DNA of 32,000 bases from Candidatus Omnitrophota bacterium (GTDB lineage: Bacteria; Omnitrophota; Gorgyraeia; Gorgyraeales; Gorgyraeaceae), in the NCBI GenBank assembly GCA_030649895.1, contig JAUSEX010000057.1, positions 5,880 to 37,879 of the forward strand. The letters are read 5' to 3'. The notes beneath the pieces were generated by a model. That model worked only from the letters and a program-made list of their open reading frames with translations, did not search any database and was not told the origin of the DNA. Below, piece by piece: positions 1-7,504 of this stretch; position 1 is the stretch's first letter, and every line of letters starts with the position of its first letter. A program made the translations under genes and the position numbers.

Positions 1-1
1 G

Positions 2-352
2 GTAGAGGTTTACGAGGCGCTATGCGCAAGCGAATCATTAAAAAAAGAAAATATTTCAGCCAGGGTTATAAATCTGCATACAATCAAGCCTATCGATAAA
101 GATATTATTATTAAGGCAGCAAAGGAAACAGGCGCTATTGTGACAGCGGAAGAGCACACTATAATGGGGGGAATGGGCAGCGCTGTTTCTGAGGTGGTGT
201 CGCAGAACCTTCCCGTGCCTATGGAATTTGTCGGGGTAAAAGACAGGTTCGGAGAATCAGGCGATCCGAAAGAGCTGTTCAAGTTGTTCGGCCTTACAGC
301 CGATGATATTGTAAAAGCCGCGAAGAAGGCTATAGCAAGAAAAAATGCGTGA
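2..352 (+). CDS. Transketolase C-terminal subunit, 3' part (gene starts upstream of the window)
   Basis: The frame is open from nt 2 with no stop. VEVYEALCAS..INLHTIKPIDKDIIIKAAKETGAIVTAEEHTIMGGMGSAV..GVKDRFGESGDPKELFKLFGLTADDIV matches the conserved C-terminal end of two-subunit transketolases. Stop TGA 350-352 overlaps the ispE start. Confidence 0.8.
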   Translation, partial: VEVYEALCASESLKKENISARVINLHTIKPIDKDIIIKAAKETGAIVTAEEHTIMGGMGSAVSEVVSQNLPVPMEFVGVKDRFGESGDPKELFKLFGLTADDIVKAAKKAIARKNA

Positions 353-1205
353 AATCAGAGTTTACGCTCCTGCGAAACTGAATCTTTATCTGGATGTTTT
401 GAAAAAAAGGCCAGACGGTTATCATAATATAGAAACGATCTTTGAAAAAATAGATTTAAAAGACGAGATAATAATAAAAGAAAAGGGCAAAGGCTTAAAA
501 GTCAGGGCGACGCCTTTTAATTGCAGCCAGGGTAAGGAAAATACAGTTTATAAGGCTGCTAAGGCGCTTTTTAAAGAATCAGGCGTTGATTTAAACCTGG
601 ATATAGAGATCAAAAAGCGTATACCTGTTTCAGCCGGCCTTGGCGGAGGTTCAAGCGATGCCGCATCTGCGCTAAAAGCCATAAATGAGATTTTTAAGCT
701 CGGAGTCAGCGCAAAAAGGCTTTTTACTATATCTTCGGATATTGGCAAGGATGTGCCGTTTTTTATGCTCGAAACCCCTTTTGCCGTAGGGAGAGGAACA
801 GGAGAGAGGTTAGAAAAAATAAAGTTAGACAAAGATTTTTTTCATATATTGATAAAACCTTCTATCTCTCTTTCAACAAAAATGATGTATCAAAGAATAG
901 ATAAGCAGGGTTTTCCCGGCAGCCGGCATTCTCTTAAAAGCGCGCTTTACGCGCTGGAAAACGGCGCAGAAGAACTCGCGGAAACTTATTACAATATTTT
1001 TGAAAGCGTTCTTGCCGGGAACAGTGTTCACATAAACAGGGTAAAGGCCTTGTTATCCAGGGCAGGAGCACAGCGCAGTCTTTTGTCGGGAAGCGGGCCA
1101 ACTGTATTTTGCACGTTTGAAAACAAGGAAGAAGCGAGAGTTGTTTTTAGAAAAATGCCTAAGGACAGAAAGATAAGCGTTTTTTTAGTAAAGACTTATA
1201 GGTGA
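345..1205 (+). CDS. ispE: 4-diphosphocytidyl-2-C-methyl-D-erythritol kinase
   Basis: 286 aa. N-terminal APAKLNLYLDV..RPDGYHNIETIF and the GHMP-kinase motif IPVSAGLGGGSSDAASAL are typical of IspE. Confidence 0.93.
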   Translation: MREIRVYAPAKLNLYLDVLKKRPDGYHNIETIFEKIDLKDEIIIKEKGKGLKVRATPFNCSQGKENTVYKAAKALFKESGVDLNLDIEIKKRIPVSAGLGGGSSDAASALKAINEIFKLGVSAKRLFTISSDIGKDVPFFMLETPFAVGRGTGERLEKIKLDKDFFHILIKPSISLSTKMMYQRIDKQGFPGSRHSLKSALYALENGAEELAETYYNIFESVLAGNSVHINRVKALLSRAGAQRSLLSGSGPTVFCTFENKEEARVVFRKMPKDRKISVFLVKTYR

Positions 1206-1291
1206 ATGAAGGATAAATGTCTCTCGCCGCATATTTGCAGGTATTATGGCGGCCCGGGACGAATTTTGTTTCACAAAATTCGGAGGCATCT

Positions 1292-1690
1292 ATGGAGATA
1301 ACAGAGGTTAGGATTTTTTCGAAAGAAGGATCGAATAATAAATTAAAGGCATACGCCACTATAACTATCGACAATGCTTTCGTGGTTCGTAATATAAAAA
1401 TTATAGAAGGTAAAACAGGACTTTTTATTGCAATGCCATCCCGCAAAATAAAAGAGCCATGCCCTAAATGTAATCATAAAAATGTAGTCCATAGTAAATT
1501 CTGCAATGAATGTGGAGAGCGCATCCCTGTGTCGGCACAGGCTGTTTCTCCGGCTCCTGAAGAGACGCATGATTTAAGGCAATCAGAGCATAAGGACATA
1601 GCTCATCCTATCACTGTGCAGGCAAGAGAGTATATTCAGAAGAAGATCCTGGATGCGTATCAGACGGAGAAGAGTAAGTTAATTATTTAA
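1292..1690 (+). CDS. spoVG: SpoVG-family protein with an internal Cys4 zinc-ribbon insertion
   Basis: GGAGG at 1282-1286 precedes ATG 1292; the ORF-track start at 1217 has no RBS. MEITEVRIF..LKAYATITIDNAFVVRNIKIIEGKTGLFIAMPSRK and KDIAHPITVQAREYIQKKILDAY match the two conserved SpoVG blocks. Between them lies a ~48 aa insert with CPKC..CNEC. Confidence 0.85.
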   Translation: MEITEVRIFSKEGSNNKLKAYATITIDNAFVVRNIKIIEGKTGLFIAMPSRKIKEPCPKCNHKNVVHSKFCNECGERIPVSAQAVSPAPEETHDLRQSEHKDIAHPITVQAREYIQKKILDAYQTEKSKLII

Positions 1691-1750
1691 GGTCCTTCGA
1701 CAGCTAAAATGCCCGCTACCCGCTCGCATTTTCTGGCGCTGCCTCAGGAT

Positions 1751-1773
1751 CAAATTTTACTTCATAAAATTTG
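1751..1773. repeat. AT-rich palindrome/hairpin (9 bp stem CAAATTTTA / TAAAATTTG) abutting the tRNA-Gln 5' end; near-identical copy at 23863-23885
   Basis: caaattttac-ttca-taaaatttg read directly. The 3' arm overlaps tRNA nt 1-2. 22 of 24 nt are identical to the element upstream of cysK. Confidence 0.7.
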
Positions 1774-1845
1774 GGACGTCGTCCAAAGGTAGGACTCGAG
1801 AATTTGGATCTCGCTATTGTGGTTCGAATCCACACGTCCCAGCCA
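1772..1845 (+). tRNA. tRNA-Gln (anticodon UUG), CCA encoded
   Basis: Hand-folded cloverleaf, 74 nt. Acceptor TGGGACG/CGTCCCA; D arm GTCC-AAAGGTA-GGAC; anticodon arm CGAGA-ATTTGGA-TCTCG (anticodon TTG); variable loop CTAT; T arm TGTGG-TTCGAAT-CCACA; discriminator G; CCA. Confidence 0.9.
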
Positions 1846-1903
1846 AACTTTGCGAAGCAAAGTTTGATCCTAAGGATGCGACTAAAAGGAGCATCCGAAG
1901 GAC
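1840..1903 (+). repeat. tRNA-trailer module, copy A (last 6 nt of tRNA-Gln plus two hairpins plus CCGAAGGAC)
   Basis: A gapless 64-nt alignment with 3267-3330 gives 52/64 identical positions (hand count). Hairpin 1 is 1844-1866 (10 bp perfect stem, GAA loop). Hairpin 2 is 1874-1896 (GGATGC/GCATCC). Confidence 0.8.
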
Positions 1904-1938
1904 CTTCCAGATAAATTCCAGATGGAGAGATAAGATTA

Positions 1939-1972
1939 ACCCTGATCGACAATGCTGATCAGGGTATTTTTA
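1939..1972 (+). terminator. Intrinsic terminator after tRNA-Gln
   Basis: ACCCTGATC (1939-1947) pairs with GATCAGGGT (1957-1965), a 9 bp stem, followed by ATTTTTAT. Confidence 0.7.
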
Positions 1973-2000
1973 TGTCGCGATGTGTCAAAGGGTTAGGGAA

Positions 2001-2034
2001 AAAATAGGGACTGTCCCTATTTTGTCCCTATTTT
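2001..2034. repeat. Inverted repeat AAAATAGGGAC / GTCCCTATTTT with an extra tandem copy of GTCCCTATTTT
   Basis: Read directly: aaaatagggac-t-gtccctatttt-gtccctatttt. A-run/T-run flanks give it the look of a bidirectional terminator-like hairpin. Confidence 0.6.
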
Positions 2035-2301
2035 GTTTGACTCAATCTTTTTCGTTTAAAATAGCCGGATAAATCTCACCAGCCTATCTCTTTATCTCTG
2101 AATCGCCTTTTAGTTAATGCTTCCTAGTTAAAGGAGAAGCATATTCATGGTTTGGTCCCCCAAAATCCCTCTAACTATTGCTATTATCCAGCAATCATTA
2201 CCTGTAAAAAATTCCAAAAATATTTGAAAGAAAACCGCCTCCAAGTGTGTCTTATATGTAGAGACAGCACAACGTTGTCCCTATAACCGAGGAGGCGTAA
2301 C

Positions 2302-2706
2302 ATGACAGAAAGGGAATTATGGCAGTTTTTGGAACGCTCATGGCAAAGGAAAGGGAGGGCTGCGCAGATATCAGGTATGATAGATACGCCTGATGATCCA
2401 CAGCTACAGGCACAGGGAGAATACATAATGAGCCATGCTGTATTGCCGAACGATTACGACAAAATGCCGAAAGAAATAATAATCGAGATGGGCAATCTTC
2501 TTTTTTACAGGGAGATCAAGCAAAAAACCAAAGAAACCATTATGGTTATCCTTGCCCATCAGAAGCGAAAAGAGGCCCTGGATATTCTTCAAAGATACAA
2601 TAAGATGCCTGATAGCGGATTAGAAGTATTTGCTGAAATGGCATTGGATGAATGCATAGGTTGGAATAACGGCTCAGAAAGGATAGGATTATGGAATATA
2701 AGCTAA
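2302..2706 (+). CDS. Hypothetical protein (134 aa), no family recognised
   Basis: Strong RBS GAGGAGG 6-7 nt before ATG 2302. The ORF overlaps the start of the next ORF by 16 nt. I recognise no motif. Confidence 0.55.
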   Translation: MTERELWQFLERSWQRKGRAAQISGMIDTPDDPQLQAQGEYIMSHAVLPNDYDKMPKEIIIEMGNLLFYREIKQKTKETIMVILAHQKRKEALDILQRYNKMPDSGLEVFAEMALDECIGWNNGSERIGLWNIS

Positions 2707-3262
2707 TTTTTGATAAAGAATACAAGGCTTTATTTGCGGATATTAAAGCAAGAATTCGCAGTACCCAGATAAAAGCGGCATTGAGCGTTAATAGCGAATT
2801 GCTTAAGCTTTATTGGAGCATCGGCGTAGATATTGTTTTCAGACAAAAAAGCGCCAAGTGGGGAGACAGTTTTTTGCTGCGGCTAAGCAAAGATTTAATG
2901 GCAGAATTTCCTGATCTGAAGGGATTTTCAGAACGCAATTTGAAATATATTCGTCAATGGTATTTGTTTTATAGTGAGGGAAAAACAATTGGGCAACAAG
3001 TTGTTGCCCAAATTACCTAAATTCCCTGGGGCCACAACATCGTTATTATTTCTAAATGCAAAGCTGTCAAAGAAGCCCTATTTTATGTGCAGAACATAAT
3101 AAGACACAGTTGGAGCAGAAATGTTCTTGTCCATCAGATTGAAAGTGGCCTGCATAAACGGAAAGGAAAGGCAATTACCAATTTTCCGCTAACTCTTCCA
3201 AAACCTCAATCCGATCTTGCCCATCAAACCTTAAAAGACCCTTACATCTTTGATTTCCTCTT
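2691..3262 (+). pseudogene. DUF1016/YhcG-family (PD-(D/E)xK nuclease) gene remnant: in-frame TAA and 3' truncation
   Basis: ORFs 2691-3020 and 3087-3359 are in the same frame. Reading through TAA 3018-3020 gives ..GQQVVAQIT*IPWGHNIVIISKCK..EALFYVQNIIRHSWSRNVLVHQIESGLHKR..LKDPYIFDFL, the conserved N-terminal half of YhcG-like proteins. Similarity stops at about 3260, where the trailer-repeat copy B begins, so the C-terminal nuclease domain is absent. Confidence 0.75.
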
Positions 3263-3266
3263 AGCG

Positions 3267-3330
3267 CAGCCAAATTTGCCGAAGGCAAATTTGATCCTGA
3301 AGATACGACGAATAGGAGTATCCGAAGGAC
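3267..3330 (+). repeat. tRNA-trailer module, copy B (no tRNA attached)
   Basis: 52/64 nt identical to 1840-1903. Hairpin 1 is 3271-3293 (CAAATTTGCC-GAA-GGCAAATTTG, 10 bp perfect). Hairpin 2 is 3302-3322 (GATAC/GTATC). Confidence 0.8.
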
Positions 3331-3413
3331 ATTCTAAATACTCCTGTAGATTTATTTGAAAATAAGCTTTTTATAGGGCATACTTATATATAAAGAACAT
3401 ATATTCAAACCAT

Positions 3414-3447
3414 ATAGCCTTAATAGAAGAACAAGGCTATTTTTTTT
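3414..3447 (+). terminator. Intrinsic-terminator-like hairpin
   Basis: ATAGCCTT (3414-3421) pairs with AAGGCTAT (3433-3440), followed by T7 (3441-3447). It ends 10 nt before ATG 3457. Confidence 0.55.
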
Positions 3448-3456
3448 GCCGCCATT

Positions 3457-5457
3457 ATGATTAACTTTAAAAAAGCCTATCGCAGCTTAAAAGTTATATG
3501 TCTGATAATAAGCATAGAGGTCTTATTTAACTGTAATGCTTATTCAAAATACGGATTGCGCCTTCCGTTAGGAGATAGCGACGATACCTTGGGCCGCGTC
3601 AAGTTAACAGAATTAATACAGGTATCAGAAAGACATCTAAGAGATGAAATAGTAAAAAGAAAACATGCCCACATCCAGAAAGTAATAAGTTTTATGGAAC
3701 GTTTTGTTGCCCATGATTTTGATAGGTTATATGAGACGTTTGACTCGGAAATAAAAACATCCGTTGACAAAGGGGAATATAAAAAATTACTGGAAGAACT
3801 CTTTTTTATTTATAAAAACTTGTCGCCTAAGGCAAAGGAAGTTTTAAAAGTTGCTACTGTTTTTCACGATATAGGCGCTATAAAAACTTCACGCGATTGG
3901 ACGCATAATGAAATAGGAGCAAAAAGAGTAAAAGATATTCTTAAAAGATCCGGCTACGCTGAAGAATTTATTGAAAAGGTTTCGAAGGTTATTTTATACC
4001 ATGGTTTTTATGCTAATATGGGTGTGGATTATCTACCAGAAGGTTTTTCAGGTTTAACGGAAGATGAAAAAGAGATATTACTTTTTCTCGGGATATTTGA
4101 CGGGAGCGCCAGAGCAAGAGGCAACAGGCTGGTTCCTTGGAAGATAAAAAAACTAAAGGGACTGAAGGATACGGAAATAGAAGGCTTTCTAAAAAAAAGG
4201 GATTTTTATAAATATAGATTTCAAAATTTATTATCACCCGTAGTTTTTACAGAGCCCGATCAATCATCCAAAGATTTAGAAGAAGTAATAAAAATTTTAA
4301 ATAACAGGGGATATTTAACAGATTCATTTATAGATCTTTGGAATAGTCATATAAGGGTTTATGTTTTTGCTTTATTTCAGGCTATAGGAAAAGTTTCTTA
4401 TGAGGATTTTGTGAAATTAATAAAGATTATTAGCGATACGGCATTAGTATTTAAGGAGCTTTATCCGGAATTGGATGAATTAATCATCGATACGGATTTA
4501 GATTTTATGGGTATAGAAGACGACAAGAAGCGGGAGCCTTATATTAATTACATGAAGACAATATTGGCTTCAATGCCGGATGATATAAATATAGATTTAA
4601 TCCGGGCTGACTTGAGAGAAAACAATTATACAAAAGTCTTGGGGTTACCTGTTCATTTAGAATTAGATGGCAATCGGATTATTATTGATTTAGAAGCGTT
4701 AGGCAGACAATGCAATCTTTATTATCAAAAAATTTTCGTTTTTCTTGCAGAACAAGAAGAGTTGCCTACGCCTGCTAATCCTGCTGATATATTGCTCCTT
4801 TTTGGCAATGACGACATTAGGACCATAGAAGAAGCTGCGAAGATCTATAGGGAAGGCAGGGTTAAGAATATAGTAGTTTCTGGTTTCAAGGGCAGTCTTA
4901 CTGACGATCTAATAAGACACGCACAAGAGGCTGGGTATGTTTTAGATGGAGCTAGCGAAGCAGCTATTATGAAACAAATACTTATAGCTAAAGGTGTTTC
5001 AGCTGATGAGATTATAATGGAGGATAAATCAACAAATACGCCGGATAATGTAGATAAAACAAAGGCTTTGCTTGAGGCTATGGGAATTGAGCACAAAACT
5101 ATGATCTTAATGCAAAAACCATTACAGCAAAGACGCGCAAGATTAACTTTTGAAAGAACATTTGAGAGGGAGATTGCAACAAATGAGATTAAGTTTATAA
5201 GCTATGCAGCCTATGTGCCAGATGCTGTAAGCATTTCCAGCGAACAGCTAACAAGCAATATACAATTAGTCATAGCTGAATTTAGAAAATTTGAAGAATA
5301 TGGACCAAGAGGCAAGAATCATATGAAAGCAGCCATAATTCCAGAAGAAATTAAAGAAGCTTACGCGTATCTTTCTGAAATCGAGGCACTACAATCTTCG
5401 AAAGAGACAATAGATGAACAAAGACAAGCAGAAAAAGTTACTGCAAGCCAGCTTTAA
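3457..5457 (+). CDS. Signal-peptide/anchor protein with a GlnD-like HD domain and a C-terminal DUF218 (YdcF/ElyC/SanA-like) domain
   Basis: 666 aa. Hydrophobic N-terminus KVICLIISIEVLFNCNAYS. HD-type block ATVFHDIGAIK..HNEIGAKRVKDILKRSGY..VSKVILYHG. C-terminal block ADILLLFGNDD..EGRVKNIVVSG..SEAAIMKQILIAKGVSADEIIMEDKSTNTPDNV..TMILMQKPLQQRRA fits the DUF218 pattern. No clear SD precedes the ATG. Confidence 0.75.
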   Translation: MINFKKAYRSLKVICLIISIEVLFNCNAYSKYGLRLPLGDSDDTLGRVKLTELIQVSERHLRDEIVKRKHAHIQKVISFMERFVAHDFDRLYETFDSEIKTSVDKGEYKKLLEELFFIYKNLSPKAKEVLKVATVFHDIGAIKTSRDWTHNEIGAKRVKDILKRSGYAEEFIEKVSKVILYHGFYANMGVDYLPEGFSGLTEDEKEILLFLGIFDGSARARGNRLVPWKIKKLKGLKDTEIEGFLKKRDFYKYRFQNLLSPVVFTEPDQSSKDLEEVIKILNNRGYLTDSFIDLWNSHIRVYVFALFQAIGKVSYEDFVKLIKIISDTALVFKELYPELDELIIDTDLDFMGIEDDKKREPYINYMKTILASMPDDINIDLIRADLRENNYTKVLGLPVHLELDGNRIIIDLEALGRQCNLYYQKIFVFLAEQEELPTPANPADILLLFGNDDIRTIEEAAKIYREGRVKNIVVSGFKGSLTDDLIRHAQEAGYVLDGASEAAIMKQILIAKGVSADEIIMEDKSTNTPDNVDKTKALLEAMGIEHKTMILMQKPLQQRRARLTFERTFEREIATNEIKFISYAAYVPDAVSISSEQLTSNIQLVIAEFRKFEEYGPRGKNHMKAAIIPEEIKEAYAYLSEIEALQSSKETIDEQRQAEKVTASQL

Positions 5458-5558
5458 GCAATGTTTTTCTATGTCCGCATCCTTAATAGAATCAGGAATG
5501 CTTTAGCTAAAACATACCGGGCAAAACTTCCCAAGCTTAAAAAAGTTTAAAAAAATAC

Positions 5559-5587
5559 TTGACAAAATATAATCAAAATGATAAACT
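5559..5587 (+). promoter_or_regulatory. Sigma70-like promoter candidate P1 (TTGACA, 17 nt spacer, extended -10 TGaTAAACT)
   Basis: TTGACA at 5559-5564 and TAAACT at 5582-5587 with TG at 5579-5580. An A/T-rich tract lies upstream. Confidence 0.45.
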
Positions 5588-5688
5588 CTACTATGTTGAT
5601 AGAGATAATATAGTAAATTCCAGCTGTTTATTTACGCTTGATTATTACTATTCTAGAAAAGTAACCTAAAGATTTTCTTGATAAAAGG

Positions 5689-5717
5689 TTGAGAAATACA
5701 AGGAAGGAGGGTATAAT
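5689..5717 (+). promoter_or_regulatory. Sigma70-like promoter candidate P2 for the cysH string (TTGAGA, 17 nt spacer, TATAAT)
   Basis: TTGAGA at 5689-5694 and consensus TATAAT at 5712-5717, about 75 nt upstream of the cysH ATG. Confidence 0.5.
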
Positions 5718-5791
5718 TTAGCTATAGCGCCTGATAAAATAACTAAGATATGAAACCAATTGTTTACCAAATATAAAAAAGGAGGGGAGTT

Positions 5792-6514
5792 ATGAGTTTG
5801 CTGGAAAATAAAGATGATTTGAAGGAATTAGTAGAAACGCTGAATTTTAAAGAAAAGGTTGAGAGGTCTTTGGCGCTTATAGAAGAGGCTTATGAAAAGT
5901 ATGGAGACGGGCTGGTGGTTGCAAACAGCCTTGGCAAAGATTCGGTGGTAGTGTGGGATCTTGCTAAAAAGGTGAACCGGAAGATCAGAGGGTTTATTGT
6001 TACCACGAGGTTTAAACCCAAGGAGACTGTAGAATTCATGAATCAGGTTGTGGCGCGATATCCGGAATTGAAAGTCTATAAAAATGACTCAAAAATAGCA
6101 GACAAGCTTTATGAAACCAGCCCTGACAAGTGCTGCGATATATTAAAAGTAGAACCGGTCAAACGGGCTGTTGAGGAAATGAAAGTTACATGCTGGGTTA
6201 CTGGTTTACGCTGCACAGAAGGAAGGACTCGAACAGATTTTAAAGAGGTTGAAGAGCGTGATAAGGGCCTTATCAAGTTGAATCCTATCCTTATCTGGAA
6301 AGAAAGAGAGATATGGCAGTATCTGGCGCTTAATGAGGTTAAGGTGAACCCTCTTTATGCAGAAGGTTACAGGTCGCTTGGATGTTCGCCATGCACAAAG
6401 ATAACCAATGAAGAAGATGAGCGCGCAGGCCGCTGGATCGGGACAAGTAAATGTGGCGGCGAATGCGGCATACACACAAGGCCTTTAAAGACAGTTATAG
6501 GCGCAGGGATATAA
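5792..6514 (+). CDS. cysH: Assimilatory adenylylsulfate (APS)/PAPS reductase, Fe-S cluster type
   Basis: 240 aa. PP-loop-like ANSLGKDSVVVWDL. Cys pairs CCDILKVEP and GCSPCT are characteristic of the Fe-S APS reductases. C-terminal redox motif ECGIH. RBS AAGGAGGGG lies upstream. Confidence 0.9.
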   Translation: MSLLENKDDLKELVETLNFKEKVERSLALIEEAYEKYGDGLVVANSLGKDSVVVWDLAKKVNRKIRGFIVTTRFKPKETVEFMNQVVARYPELKVYKNDSKIADKLYETSPDKCCDILKVEPVKRAVEEMKVTCWVTGLRCTEGRTRTDFKEVEERDKGLIKLNPILIWKEREIWQYLALNEVKVNPLYAEGYRSLGCSPCTKITNEEDERAGRWIGTSKCGGECGIHTRPLKTVIGAGI

Positions 6515-6532
6515 TATGGCTAGGAGCGGTCA

Positions 6533-7504
6533 GTGATTAAATATATTATTTTAATCTTTGTAATGGTTTTTTTCAGCCTTAATATGGGTGCATCAGGCAT
6601 TGCGCCTTCGTTTGCTTCAACTTATGGCGCCAGGCTCATAAAGAAGAAAACCGCTATTTTTCTGTTCAGTTTTTTTGTAATATTAGGCGCTGTTATCCTG
6701 GGTAGAAACGTAGCTATTACTTTAGGAAAGGATTTATTGCCTAAGGAAGTAATGAGGTTTGATGTTGTGCTGGTGGTGCTTGTGGCTGGCGCCCTGAGCC
6801 TTTTTTTGGCAAATGTCCTGAGGATACCTCAGTCCACGAGTCAGGTTACGGTAGGCGCGATTGTGGGCGCCGGGTTGTACTTCAGGCAGATAAACCTGAA
6901 GGTGCTTTGTTTTAAAATACTTCCGGCGTGGGTTATCTTGCCTTTAGTGTCGTATTTTTTAACATTATTGATTTACAGGGCAATATACCCGCCTAAGCAC
7001 GATAATTTTCATATATATGAGAAAATATTTGCCAATGAAAAGAAGATGAAAATTGCTGCCCTGGTGGTCAGCGCATATGTAAGCTTTGCTATCGGTACGA
7101 ATAATGTCGCAAATGCGGTTGGCCCGTTATCAGGCGCAGGGCTAATTGGGATAGGTGCAGGGCTTTTAATTATTGCCCCATTTTTTGGCATAGGCGCTTT
7201 TCTTATGGGGGATGGGCCTCTTGAGACTGCAGGGAAAGAGATAGTGCCCCTGGGGTTAATGTCCAGCACCCTGGTATCTTTTGTTACCGCAACATTGCTT
7301 ATAGTTGCTTCAATTATCGGCATACCTCAGTCATTGGTGCAGCTTAACCTTGCCGCTATATTTGCGATAAGCTGTTTGAAAAACGGCCACAAGTATACCT
7401 GGGACCAGCATATCGTGAAGAAAACTTTTTTCGTGTGGACAATCACGCCTTTACTTTCCGTGGCAGTATCGTACCTGTTATTAAACCTGTTTTTGAAAAG
7501 ATAA
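6533..7504 (+). CDS. cysP: PiT-family anion permease, probable sulfate permease (as B. subtilis CysP next to cysH)
   Basis: 323 aa polytopic membrane protein. It carries the duplicated PiT signature (GASGIAPSFASTYGA and GTNNVANAVGPLSGA). GTG start 6533 follows AGGAG. The gene lies directly after cysH. Confidence 0.75.
   Translation: MIKYIILIFVMVFFSLNMGASGIAPSFASTYGARLIKKKTAIFLFSFFVILGAVILGRNVAITLGKDLLPKEVMRFDVVLVVLVAGALSLFLANVLRIPQSTSQVTVGAIVGAGLYFRQINLKVLCFKILPAWVILPLVSYFLTLLIYRAIYPPKHDNFHIYEKIFANEKKMKIAALVVSAYVSFAIGTNNVANAVGPLSGAGLIGIGAGLLIIAPFFGIGAFLMGDGPLETAGKEIVPLGLMSSTLVSFVTATLLIVASIIGIPQSLVQLNLAAIFAISCLKNGHKYTWDQHIVKKTFFVWTITPLLSVAVSYLLLNLFLKR

Noticed and set aside
1716-1952. A 78-aa minus-strand ORF spanning the tRNA-Gln region.
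   Set aside because: It covers a clean tRNA cloverleaf and structured flanks. The ORF is a by-product of the palindromic sequence.
2001-2034. CRISPR-like or tandem repeat array (GTCCCTATTTT x2).
   Set aside because: There are only two 11-nt units, with no spacers and no cas genes in the window. It is an inverted repeat with one extra arm, not an array.
2147-2227. A 26-aa mini-ORF (MVWSPKIPLTIAIIQQSLPVKNSKNI) with AGGAG 8 nt upstream.
   Set aside because: It is plausible on RBS grounds but too short to support without conservation data. The RBS also lies inside a local hairpin (ATGCTTCC..GGAGAAGCAT). It is left unannotated.
1846-3330. An intact integrated prophage, ICE or genomic island at tRNA-Gln.
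   Set aside because: The segment is only ~1.4 kb. It has no integrase, excisionase or transposase, and its only recognisable gene is a pseudogene. The flanking repeats are 81% rather than 100% identical. I report it only as a decayed islet or repeat-bracketed segment.
3087-3359. ORF-track entry treated as an independent 90-aa gene.
   Set aside because: It is in the same frame as 2691-3020 and continues the DUF1016/YhcG alignment across a single TAA. Its last ~30 codons are read-through of the trailer repeat. It is better described as part of a pseudogene.
5460-5791. Possible riboswitch (SAM/S-box), T-box or Cys/Met-rich leader peptide upstream of cysH. This includes the mini-ORFs 5578-5613 (MINSTMLIEII) and 5750-5776 (MKPIVYQI).
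   Set aside because: I could not find S-box or T-box conserved cores. The mini-ORFs lack an SD and contain no Cys and no informative Met runs, and the first overlaps the predicted -10 of P1. The region is better explained by two tandem promoter candidates in AT-rich DNA.
7435-7503. Upstream ORF-track starts: 7435 for the JAMM gene, 1217 for spoVG, 10971 for hemB, 14305 for the sulfite reductase, 18804 for thiG and 15430 for the ThrC-like gene.
   Set aside because: In each case the family-conserved N-terminus begins at a downstream ATG that has an SD at proper spacing or a start/stop overlap with the preceding gene. The upstream extensions overlap the preceding gene and add non-conserved residues.
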